From Chlamydiales bacterium (GTDB taxonomy: Bacteria > Chlamydiota > Chlamydiia > Chlamydiales > CALTSX01): a stretch of DNA of 64,000 nt. The notes under the pieces were generated by a model. That model was given only the letters and a program-made list of their open reading frames with translations. It was not told the DNA's origin and ran no database searches. The DNA is taken from contig JBOFEG010000028.1 in NCBI GenBank assembly GCA_051647685.1, positions 1,449 to 65,448 on the forward strand, read 5' to 3'. A program made the position numbers and the translations under genes. Shown piece after piece: positions 8,735 through 17,351 of this stretch (the stretch's first letter is position 1; each line of letters opens with the position of its first letter).

Positions 8735-8787
8735 TTAATTTAAACTCAAATCTTCTGGAATCATAGAAAGAGAGGCGTATTTCCCTC
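8735..8787 (-). repeat. proximal copy of the duplicated yqgE 3' end (the functional end of the gene)
   Basis: See 7579-7630. The two 20-nt identical cores are 1157 nt apart. Confidence 0.75.
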
Positions 8788-9307
8788 CCATATCTCTCAA
8801 TACTGTCTGCCACAGATTCTCTGGATTCACCTCAAAAATATGTCGGTAAGAGGCTTGGAAGGGAAACCATACGCCATCGACAAATTCTCTTTCTAAAAAT
8901 CCGGGACCCCATCCGCAATAGCCAAAACAAAGTAGAATAGGACTATCCGTTGTTTGACGAATTGCCGATTGCAAAAACTGAAGATCTCCTCCTAAATATA
9001 CATTTTCGCAAATCTCAAGTGTCTGTTCCGGAATTACGGGAGAGGAGTGGAGGAGCATCATTTGATTGGTTTGCATTGGACCTCCCGCTCTCAGTTGCAA
9101 ATTGGCTTGTTTAATACTATCGAGTTCTACGAGCTCTTCCGGAATATCAATAGTTAGCGGTTTATTGAGTATGAGACCAAAGGATCCGGATGGGCTGTGT
9201 TCACATAGCAGGATCACACTGCGAAAAAATAGTCCTATATCGATTTCTGGACTAGCCACTAAAAATATTCCCTTCGAGAGTTTTAAATTAGATGACAATG
9301 AACTCAT
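8735..9307 (-). CDS. yqgE: UPF0301 protein YqgE/AlgH family
   Basis: 190 aa with GIFLVASPEI..FFRSVILLCEHSPSGSFGLILNKPL, typical of the AlgH/YqgE family. Confidence 0.85.
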   Translation of the reverse strand: MSSLSSNLKLSKGIFLVASPEIDIGLFFRSVILLCEHSPSGSFGLILNKPLTIDIPEELVELDSIKQANLQLRAGGPMQTNQMMLLHSSPVIPEQTLEICENVYLGGDLQFLQSAIRQTTDSPILLCFGYCGWGPGFLEREFVDGVWFPFQASYRHIFEVNPENLWQTVLRDMGGKYASLSMIPEDLSLN

Positions 9308-10260
9308 GGTACCTCAAGATTTTCTTTCGAGTTATGATTACATGTGCGAGAAATCTTCCTGTCTGGCATGGACAAAGAAGAACAGCTCGCCCTTTTTATT
9401 TTTTCTTTTTGCCATTGTTTATTGAGATTAAACAGCAATCCATACCGATTGATATCGTTTAGTAATAGATCTACTTTTTTCAAAATACCATCGAGGTGGT
9501 AATAGAATTCTTCTTCTTGGCAAATCTTTCCGAGCGTTCCATTACCATGCATTACACTCTGCGAGAACATAGTAATATCGCTGCAAACCGATTGGATATA
9601 GGTCAGGAGTTCGGTGAGTTTCGGGATGAAATGGCTTGTATTCATCGTTTTTGTAAATGCATTGACCTCGCTTGTCGCTTGGGACAAGTGCTCCAGTGTT
9701 TGGCCAAGTGAGATGCTGTGTTGCTGCATCGATGCCGATAAGGTGAGCAATACAGATTCCACTGTTTTTCCTAGATGAATCAATTGTTGCATCGTGTTTT
9801 CTAGCGGATCGCAAGAATCCCCATACATTGGGAGTTGTTCGGTTACACGGCGAGCTAAACTATCTTTTGGAATCGGTTTAGGAATAATAGCAATAGCTTT
9901 TTCACCGAGTAAGCCCATAGTCTGTGGGATGACGAGATCGCTGTGATACACTTCTATACTAGAATCTATATGAAGAGCGAGCTCATAAAAATAAAGAGCT
10001 TTTTCCGATCCAGAAATTTGTCGATCACTAGATAGAGTTCGAATCGTGCGAACCTCTCCGATAGGATTTCCCGCAAAGAGCACTTGTGTGCCCGGAGTAA
10101 TTCCATTGATAGTGGTAAATCTTACAAAAATTCGTTGTTTCCCATTCCCACTTTTTGGGTTAATAAAAAAGAGAAAGGCAGAGACGGATAGGAGGGAGAA
10201 AAACACAAATATTCCTAAGAAAATATTTTTACCCGTATTTTTTTTATATATCGTTAGCAT
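9304..10260 (-). CDS. mlaD: MlaD/MCE-domain protein of a Mla-type lipid ABC transporter
   Basis: N-terminal TM helix followed by an MCE-like segment, FTTINGITPGTQVLFAGNPIGEVRTI. It overlaps mlaF and lies downstream of mlaE-mlaF. Confidence 0.7.
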   Translation of the reverse strand: MLTIYKKNTGKNIFLGIFVFFSLLSVSAFLFFINPKSGNGKQRIFVRFTTINGITPGTQVLFAGNPIGEVRTIRTLSSDRQISGSEKALYFYELALHIDSSIEVYHSDLVIPQTMGLLGEKAIAIIPKPIPKDSLARRVTEQLPMYGDSCDPLENTMQQLIHLGKTVESVLLTLSASMQQHSISLGQTLEHLSQATSEVNAFTKTMNTSHFIPKLTELLTYIQSVCSDITMFSQSVMHGNGTLGKICQEEEFYYHLDGILKKVDLLLNDINRYGLLFNLNKQWQKEKIKRASCSSLSMPDRKISRTCNHNSKENLEVP

Positions 10261-11011
10261 AGCGCGTATTTCTCATCATTTTTTTGAGCGATGTAATCGT
10301 TGGATGGCTCGATTGTAAAAATTTTTCTGGAGTATCGATACAAGCAATAATCCCATCCTCTGCAAGAGCCAGTCTGTCTGCAATATACGACGCCGAAAAC
10401 ATATCGTGTGTCACTACAATGCTTGTCACGCTCATTTCTTCTTTTGTTCTAACAATAACATCATTAATCTGCATAGCCGTTATGGGATCCAGTCCAGCTG
10501 TGGGTTCATCGTATAATAAATATTTGGGTCCATAGGCGAGTAACCTTGCGATACCGGTTCTTTTTTTCATTCCACCTGATAATTCATAGGGCATTTTCAT
10601 CTGACTACCCGCTAGTCCTACTATTTCTAATGCTTGCTCTACTTTTTCTTCAATTTCTTTTGTACTGTAGGCTCTACCGCTTATAGGGTCTCCATGTTGC
10701 TTTAGATGAAAAGCTACATTCTCTCCTACTGTCATAAAATCGAAGAGAGCCGCTTCTTGAAACAACATTCCCATAGGTCGTATGGCCGCATACAGTTTAT
10801 TCCCATATAACTCAGACACCCGCGTGTTGTCTATCTCAATTGTTCCAGCATCTGGTTTTTCAATTCCGATCAAATGTTTTAAAAAGATACTCTTTCCAAC
10901 GCCTGATCTACCAATAATCACAAGAGTCTCTCCTGTATGAATATATATAGAAAGCCCTTGTAATACGCTGGTCTCTTTAAACTTTTTCCATATGTTATCT
11001 ACTCTGATCAT
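10244..11011 (-). CDS. mlaF: ABC transporter ATP-binding protein MlaF
   Basis: Walker A GRSGVGKS, signature LSGGMKKR and Walker B LLYDEPTAGLD. Confidence 0.85.
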   Translation of the reverse strand: MIRVDNIWKKFKETSVLQGLSIYIHTGETLVIIGRSGVGKSIFLKHLIGIEKPDAGTIEIDNTRVSELYGNKLYAAIRPMGMLFQEAALFDFMTVGENVAFHLKQHGDPISGRAYSTKEIEEKVEQALEIVGLAGSQMKMPYELSGGMKKRTGIARLLAYGPKYLLYDEPTAGLDPITAMQINDVIVRTKEEMSVTSIVVTHDMFSASYIADRLALAEDGIIACIDTPEKFLQSSHPTITSLKKMMRNTRYANDI

Positions 11012-11806
11012 TTAACTACCGAGCCCATGAAATTGCATAATATTGAGTCCCAGAGTCATTAAAAAATTTGTGAGAAGGATAGAAGAATAGCAAAGCACTA
11101 CAGAACTCGTAATCGATTTACCAACACCAACCGCCCCACCTTGAGTAGTGAGTCCCTTATAACAAGAGATCGTAATAATTAAGATGCCAAAGACAATAGA
11201 TTTAATCAGACATACACCTACATCAAAATTGGAAATATACATTTGAATAGGAGAGAGAAAATTCTGCATAGGCATATGAAAAAAATAGACAGAAATTAAA
11301 TATCCCCCGAAAATTCCCATAATTACGCTAAAAATAGTTAGCAGTGGGACCATAACTAGGCAAGCAATAAATCTTGGAATTATGAGATAGTGGATGGGGC
11401 TTGTAGAAAGAGAGGTAAAGGCATTGATTTGCTCAGTAACAGTCATTGCAGATAGCTCTGCACATACAGAAGCGCCCACTCTACCGGTCACCATAAAGGC
11501 AGTAAGTATCGGACCGAGCTCTGATATAATCGGTTTTGCAACCATAATTCCAGCGGCTCCCGCGAATCCCCTCGCTCCCAATTGATAAAAAGATTGCGTT
11601 GCAAGGACGAGTCCAGTAGAAAATCCAGTGATAGCTACAATCGGTAGAGATAAGATTCCCGTTCGATAGAGTTGTTCATACACGAGCGAAGCAGAGGGTG
11701 CTTTTCGGAATAAAGAACAAATCACTTCTATATTAAAGCGCAAGTATTCGCCAATTTGTGCAAAAATACTTAGAGGTTTACTCAGAGAAGAGGGAATCAA
11801 TCGCAT
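11012..11806 (-). CDS. mlaE: ABC transporter permease MlaE
   Basis: 264-aa polytopic protein of the MlaE/YrbE type, abutting mlaF. Confidence 0.8.
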   Translation of the reverse strand: MRLIPSSLSKPLSIFAQIGEYLRFNIEVICSLFRKAPSASLVYEQLYRTGILSLPIVAITGFSTGLVLATQSFYQLGARGFAGAAGIMVAKPIISELGPILTAFMVTGRVGASVCAELSAMTVTEQINAFTSLSTSPIHYLIIPRFIACLVMVPLLTIFSVIMGIFGGYLISVYFFHMPMQNFLSPIQMYISNFDVGVCLIKSIVFGILIITISCYKGLTTQGGAVGVGKSITSSVVLCYSSILLTNFLMTLGLNIMQFHGLGS

Positions 11807-11868
11807 GCGTCCTTTTAAATGTGATAGTATATGAACGCTTTGTTTCCCTCAATCCCAGCATCTATTAA

Positions 11869-12336
11869 TTATTTCCCTAATTGATGCGCATGTGAATCCT
11901 TAGCATTTTGAAGAGTTTGCTGTAATCGATCCCCTTTGTTGGCTTCTGTATTATCAGCTTGTCTAATAGTTTCTAATTTTTTCTCTGCAGTTATTTCATC
12001 ACACTTCACAAGAGAAAGTTTTCTATCGTGCCAAGGATTAACGATTTTCTCACAATTGTCATATATAAAAATACTCTTGGGTATCACGTTAATAAGGTTA
12101 TTGAATATTCCATCTGTTTTTTTTACAACGGTGTAGATAAATGGACACAGTACTTGTAATATTACACGTCCACCAATCATATAAAAAGACTTTTCTAAAT
12201 AAAATCTAGATTCATTGCAAAAAGATTTAAATAATTCTTTTGTAAAATGATTTGTTATATTTTGATAGTATTGATACGCTTTTGACCCCTGGTCAATCAA
12301 CGCATTTTGGGATCTTGTAAGTAGGTGAAATAGCAT
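11869..12336 (-). CDS. hypothetical protein (155 aa)
   Basis: ORF only. It is the last gene of the chaperone-associated minus-strand string. Confidence 0.35.
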   Translation of the reverse strand: MLFHLLTRSQNALIDQGSKAYQYYQNITNHFTKELFKSFCNESRFYLEKSFYMIGGRVILQVLCPFIYTVVKKTDGIFNNLINVIPKSIFIYDNCEKIVNPWHDRKLSLVKCDEITAEKKLETIRQADNTEANKGDRLQQTLQNAKDSHAHQLGK

Positions 12337-12348
12337 ACTAACATCCTT

Positions 12349-12432
12349 TTATGTTATGGCAGCTTTAATCGCTGCCAGTTGATTCTACAATTGAGTATAA
12401 TCGGTTGTTATAAAAAATCTTTCTTTTTTCAA
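12349..12432 (-). pseudogene. remnant of a paralogous 3' end of the 288-aa gene
   Basis: The minus strand reads KKERFFITTDYTQL*NQLAAIKAAIT*. The live gene's C-terminus (12469-12540) reads KGKFFSMTTDYTQLQNKIATAGPV*. DNA identity is visible, for example GTATAATC.GTTGT. Confidence 0.5.
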
Positions 12433-12468
12433 CCATTATTACAATCGGAAAACTCCTTGTCTTTTCGA

Positions 12469-13335
12469 TTATACGGGACCTGCTGTGGCAATTTTATTTT
12501 GTAATTGGGTATAATCAGTTGTCATAGAAAAAAACTTTCCTTTTGCACTAATCATTTTAATAGCGCGAGAAATATCTGTACTAACTTTTTTAAGTTCAGC
12601 ATCGATGTTTTTTATCGCTTTTTTTGCTAAAACCTGATCACTACATATAGAATTATTATGTATAGTATAGAAAGAATTAGTTATAACGGGAACAGTCTGT
12701 AAAAAAGTTGTAATATAGGAAAATATACTAGTAGGATTCATAAAGATTATATAAAGATTAAAAATAGCGATAAAACCACTAGGCATATATTTTGGAATTT
12801 CGGTACCTATCATTTTCAATCCGGCAATTGAAAAACCTATGATACTTGTACAAATAGCGGAGATTTTTGATAGAGGGTCTTCAAAGGAAAAACCCAGATA
12901 GAGCGCAATTATACTAATACAGAGGGGAAGCGCTATATCTGTAATAGTAGGTTTCAAAAAATTTAGTGTTGAGTCGGAACTTTTATTAAGGTCAACCATT
13001 TTTTTCTTTGCTTCAAGCAAAGCTTCAGTTAACTTTTCTTGTTTTTCATACAAATACTTGATTTGGCTTTCTTGCATTTTTTGCGAGCGATCAAAAGCAT
13101 CTATCAACAGCTCTTTCATAGAGAGATTTGGTTTTTCTATCTCTTGGAGGTCAGAGGGATGAACGAGATTTGGTTTAGAACACTTAGCAGGAGCAGAGAG
13201 ATCATAATTCTCGCTATTAGCATGTAAGAAAGCCGGTGAACTTTTTACAATAGAGATTTCTTCATTTGTTGAATAAGTATTTATGGGCTTAGATAAAAAG
13301 GATACAGGAGTTTTTATTTCCATACAGAACTCCAA
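12469..13335 (-). CDS. hydrophobic coiled-coil protein, candidate T3SS translocator or chaperone cargo
   Basis: 288 aa. N-terminal coiled coil (QKMQESQIKYLYEKQEKLTEALLEAKKKM), then paired hydrophobic segments (ITDIALPLCISIIALYLGFSF and ISAICTSIIGFSIAGL) and a third. Its start overlaps the chaperone gene by 22 nt. Confidence 0.5.
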   Translation of the reverse strand: MEFCMEIKTPVSFLSKPINTYSTNEEISIVKSSPAFLHANSENYDLSAPAKCSKPNLVHPSDLQEIEKPNLSMKELLIDAFDRSQKMQESQIKYLYEKQEKLTEALLEAKKKMVDLNKSSDSTLNFLKPTITDIALPLCISIIALYLGFSFEDPLSKISAICTSIIGFSIAGLKMIGTEIPKYMPSGFIAIFNLYIIFMNPTSIFSYITTFLQTVPVITNSFYTIHNNSICSDQVLAKKAIKNIDAELKKVSTDISRAIKMISAKGKFFSMTTDYTQLQNKIATAGPV

Positions 13336-13718
13336 CGAGTTTCTAAAAGAGTTATTTGATTTTGTAGATAGAGGTCATTTGCATTAGAAGGTTCTGAAAA
13401 TAATTGTTTAGCACTTTTTAAGACTCCCAAAGCTTGTTGAATAGCCTCTAAAGAAATGAGACACTCTGCCAAATGTAGATAGGCAAAAAGACAAGTGGGC
13501 GTTATATGTATTAAACTAGACCAGCTATAGATAGCGCGATGATAATCTCCACTTGCTTGTAAAGAGGCTGCCCATGCTTGGAGATAAGGAGGATAAGTCG
13601 GATCTATTGTAATCAGTTCTTGAAATATTTCTATTGCTTTAGGATAGTTTTCAGTTTTATAGAGATAATATCCGCGAGAATAGAGGTTTTCAAGTTCTTC
13701 AATCGAGAATAGATTCAT
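13314..13718 (-). CDS. class II T3SS chaperone, SycD/LcrH/CesD family (TPR)
   Basis: LYSRGYYLYKTENYPKAIEIFQELITIDPTYPPYLQAWAASLQASGDYHRAIYSWSSL...FAYLHLAECLISL aligns by eye with Yersinia SycD: LYSLAFNQYQSGKYEDAHKVFQALCVLDHYDSRFFLGLGACRQAMGQYDLAIHSYSYG...FHAAECLL. Confidence 0.8.
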   Translation of the reverse strand: MNLFSIEELENLYSRGYYLYKTENYPKAIEIFQELITIDPTYPPYLQAWAASLQASGDYHRAIYSWSSLIHITPTCLFAYLHLAECLISLEAIQQALGVLKSAKQLFSEPSNANDLYLQNQITLLETRWSSVWK

Positions 13719-13721
13719 TTT

Positions 13722-14171
13722 CTACTTAACCACACTATTATGTATGATGCTCTTTTTGGAATCAGAGTCTATTTTTAGAGTTTCTAACAATATATTGGAG
13801 ACAGAATGGTAGTTTTTGACCGATAAATCGAGCAAATTAACTTCTTTGGCTTGTTCATTATTACAGAGCAATTGGAAGTAATCCATCTGATTTTGTACTT
13901 TTTCATTCACCTCCTGAGAACTGCTATTTTCCCAAGAAATAGGTGTAGTACTAAAGGAGGGTACTGCTTGGTTTGCATCTTGCAAAAGCTTTTTGTATTC
14001 CGCTTCTATGCAACGACCTCCCAATATTTGTAAAACTATTTCTTGTGAACGAGTTGCTAACTCTGCAAGTTTGGCAGTGCGTTGGTTATGTACTAAAACA
14101 CTATTCTGGACCTGGTTATCGAGCGTTTCTTGTAGTTGTATACTTAAATATGCTTGATTGATTTCACTCAT
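13722..14171 (-). CDS. hypothetical protein (149 aa) upstream of the chaperone
   Basis: ORF 3 nt from the chaperone start. Hydrophilic and Gln/Asn-rich. No motif. Confidence 0.4.
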   Translation of the reverse strand: MSEINQAYLSIQLQETLDNQVQNSVLVHNQRTAKLAELATRSQEIVLQILGGRCIEAEYKKLLQDANQAVPSFSTTPISWENSSSQEVNEKVQNQMDYFQLLCNNEQAKEVNLLDLSVKNYHSVSNILLETLKIDSDSKKSIIHNSVVK

Positions 14172-14257
14172 ATCATTCCTTAAAAAAATATTTCATAATA
14201 TAATCCAGAATACACACTTTTAAGGCAACAGAAATCGAGCAGAAAAAAGATACTTAT

Positions 14258-17221
14258 TCAGTTAGCAAAATAGCGAAAATTGCAGGGATGCTTGTGCAAA
14301 GAACTTTGTCTCCTCAGTTTCGAATAGCCAACATAATTTAAGGAAAAAACAGGAACGATAGGGAGATATTTTTCCAGTATTCCTATCGCTTTTTTAATCA
14401 AAGTCTGCTCAGTAGATCCATAAATCTTTATAAGTTCTAGAGTTTTTCTATATTCTTCTGTTTCCCAATTGGTGAACGGGATTAATTCCTCAGAGAGAGA
14501 GAAAAGCATATAAGAGAGTTCTTCAAAACTCGATTGCCACATGAGTCCACCTATATCAAAATTGCCCTGTAGCATTCGTGCAATCAATTGATTCCAGGGT
14601 AATGGTTCCAACTGAAATTTTATATTAAAGAGCGAGCTCCACTCTGTACATAGCAATTGTATAATGTGTCTGCGCGTAGGACTATCCAAATAAACCACTC
14701 GCAAGGGGGCTTTAGCTGTCAGCTCTAGAGTGTGCATAGCGAGTTTATAATAATGTAGAGCCAGAGAGGAATTGTAGATCGGTGGAGTTATAATAATTTC
14801 TCTCTCTTCGTATAAGGAAATATAAGTATTTGCGGAAATACTCTGCAGGATTTTTTTTCTATCAATCGCATGGCCAAAAGCGAGTCGGAGGTGAACATTT
14901 TTAAAATAAGAACGTTGAGTGTTGTATAAATAACAATACATAGAATTCATGGGGAAGGTAATGTGATGCTCATCATCATTATTTTTCCAGGAACTTGGAA
15001 GAGGACCATAATAATCAATGTCATTTTTCTTAAAGGCGTTGTAGGCTTCTTGTGGTTGATCATAGGAAATAGTCATGCGATTATTACCCATTACAGAAGT
15101 ATTCCAAAATAAAGAGTTCTTTTGGAGTGCGTAGTAGCCATTGTCTTTTCTAGATTCTAAAATAAAAGGGCCATTGCAGACATAATCAGATCCCATTTGG
15201 AAGAGCCAATTCGGGTTGCTTTGATCTGTTGCAGCAGAAATAGGAAAGTAGATTGGATGGGTTAAAAAATGCAAAAACTGGGTAATTGGGTATTCCAAAT
15301 GGATATCAAAAGAAAGGGAACCTGTAATAATAACTCCAAGTGAATCTATTGGTAATTTTCCCTCTTTAATAGCTTTCGCATTTTTTATTGGGTATAATAA
15401 ATGAGAAAATGGAGAGAAAAATTTAGGATGAAGTGTTTTTTTCCACGTGTACAGAAAATCGCTCGCTGTTACAGGAGAACGATTAGACCAGAAAGTTTCC
15501 CTTAAGGTAAAGGAATAGCATCGATACTCTGGATCAATTTTTGTACTGCTAGCCAGGCCATAGGCTAGTATTCCATTTCGGTCATACTGCATTAGTCCTT
15601 CAAACAAAAGTTGCAAGAGGGCTATGGAGCTTTCATCGCCGGCAAGTCTTGGGTCTAGCGATAAAATTGGCAAACTAAAGGATATCCTAGACTGTGCGGG
15701 TGGGGAAATTAGTTGATATTTTCTTTCTATAGAAAGTTCTAACGATTGGCGGATTTCAGTCAGACTTTCGCGATAGAAATAGCCGAGCAGATGAATATCT
15801 TGAAGATACACATGATAGGTAACCATTTTTTTATGCAAAACTTCTGGAACGAATTGCAGTGGTCCTAGATTTCTATCATTATTTGCAATAGAGACACTAG
15901 TGCAATAGTGATCAGAATTTCTGTAAGTTACATAAAAAAAGTTCGGGGTATTATTTTTTTTACAGGTGATCGTCTGCAAAAAACAGGAATATAGAAAAAT
16001 CAACTCATCAAGACTCATCGTCGCTTGTGTTTCAATCGGATTGAGAGAGTAGAAAAAATCCTCTATAATATCTGTGGATAAGCTGCTCAGATGAGCTGCA
16101 TGACTCTTTAATGCAAATAGCAATTCCTGCTGTTTGACAATCATTCCTCCATTGTAGTCTCGAAATTCTCCCAGTGTGTTAAATAGAAACTGCGAAACAA
16201 TTTTTCGAGAAGTATAAAAATCAATAGCGTAGTTTCGCCGTAAAATTTCTGAAGTTATGGGAATACGTATCGATATTACAGAGGCTACAATCGGGTAGTT
16301 ATCTTGGAAAAATCGCACAATTTGTTCGCGAAGAATTCGATATTGCAAAGGGAGATTCATATTTTGCACAGATTCGGAGAAAAAGGGCTGCCGCTTTTTT
16401 TGTATTCGGATGATAATCGCGATAAAATGGACTCCAGACTCAGTCGAGTTTTCTTGCGAAATGATCACCTGAGGGATATCCTCTAGAGTGGTAATTTCTT
16501 TAGAGAGAGTCAGCATATTTTTAAAAATCTCTTCTTCATTTCTGGCGCAAAAAATGTAGGGTAGTCGCGTTTGTATGCTATCCGGTAAATAGGGACCAAA
16601 ATTTTTTTTTAATCGAACAATCTCACTAGTCAAAAAAGAGTCATAACTTGTTTTTTCTATTTGAAAATATAAGAGAGGCGAGCTGTGTTTTTGATTATAT
16701 AAATTATAAGAAGATCCTGGAATAATTCGAACGTTAGGAATCTGATTTTGTACAATTCGCAATACATGCTCATCCTCTAAACAGTCATATTTTTTGAGTG
16801 CTTTGCTCTTCACAACCAGACTAAGTATTTTCTTCTCGCAACCATTTGTGAATATATGAGTGGGTAAAAATCGAAAGACAAAGGAACCATGTGTCGAGTC
16901 GAAGAATTCATACGAATACTGAAAGAGATAAATAGTCCTAATCAATTGTAATAATTCGAGTTCTCGAAATTGCAGCAGATGAATTTCTTCAAAAATCGCA
17001 AATACATAATTAATAGTTCTCAATAAATTTTGGTTGTGACTATGAGGAAACCTCTGGATTAATTTTTCTGCCCGTACCTCAATTTGTTTTTTCCTCAGCT
17101 GTAAATAAGAAACACCGGAAAAAGGATCAATCTTTTGGGTAGAGGCTAAGATATAGGAGAAATTATCCTGTTCTTTTAAAGAGTAGGAGGAGAGTACTTC
17201 AGTATCGATCGAAGGCTTCAC
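14258..17221 (-). CDS. family-5 solute-binding protein (OppA/DppA-like) with a roughly 500-aa N-terminal extension
   Basis: The C-terminal half carries the SBP_bac_5 signature region LDPRLAGDESSIALLQLLFEGLMQYDRNGILAYGLA...FTLRETFWSNRSPVTASDFLYTWKKTLHP. The N-terminal half has no motif I recognise. Confidence 0.65.
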   Translation of the reverse strand: MKPSIDTEVLSSYSLKEQDNFSYILASTQKIDPFSGVSYLQLRKKQIEVRAEKLIQRFPHSHNQNLLRTINYVFAIFEEIHLLQFRELELLQLIRTIYLFQYSYEFFDSTHGSFVFRFLPTHIFTNGCEKKILSLVVKSKALKKYDCLEDEHVLRIVQNQIPNVRIIPGSSYNLYNQKHSSPLLYFQIEKTSYDSFLTSEIVRLKKNFGPYLPDSIQTRLPYIFCARNEEEIFKNMLTLSKEITTLEDIPQVIISQENSTESGVHFIAIIIRIQKKRQPFFSESVQNMNLPLQYRILREQIVRFFQDNYPIVASVISIRIPITSEILRRNYAIDFYTSRKIVSQFLFNTLGEFRDYNGGMIVKQQELLFALKSHAAHLSSLSTDIIEDFFYSLNPIETQATMSLDELIFLYSCFLQTITCKKNNTPNFFYVTYRNSDHYCTSVSIANNDRNLGPLQFVPEVLHKKMVTYHVYLQDIHLLGYFYRESLTEIRQSLELSIERKYQLISPPAQSRISFSLPILSLDPRLAGDESSIALLQLLFEGLMQYDRNGILAYGLASSTKIDPEYRCYSFTLRETFWSNRSPVTASDFLYTWKKTLHPKFFSPFSHLLYPIKNAKAIKEGKLPIDSLGVIITGSLSFDIHLEYPITQFLHFLTHPIYFPISAATDQSNPNWLFQMGSDYVCNGPFILESRKDNGYYALQKNSLFWNTSVMGNNRMTISYDQPQEAYNAFKKNDIDYYGPLPSSWKNNDDEHHITFPMNSMYCYLYNTQRSYFKNVHLRLAFGHAIDRKKILQSISANTYISLYEEREIIITPPIYNSSLALHYYKLAMHTLELTAKAPLRVVYLDSPTRRHIIQLLCTEWSSLFNIKFQLEPLPWNQLIARMLQGNFDIGGLMWQSSFEELSYMLFSLSEELIPFTNWETEEYRKTLELIKIYGSTEQTLIKKAIGILEKYLPIVPVFSLNYVGYSKLRRQSSLHKHPCNFRYFAN

Positions 17222-17351
17222 TGCGCAAAATTCCTAGAGATGAAATATAAATTTGTATAGTAAAAATTTTCCTATTCATTATCGCGTAAAGAAAAGTTAA
17301 ATTTCACCAGAAATTTTGAGAAATATTTGGCAGATAAAAGCAAAGGAAGGA

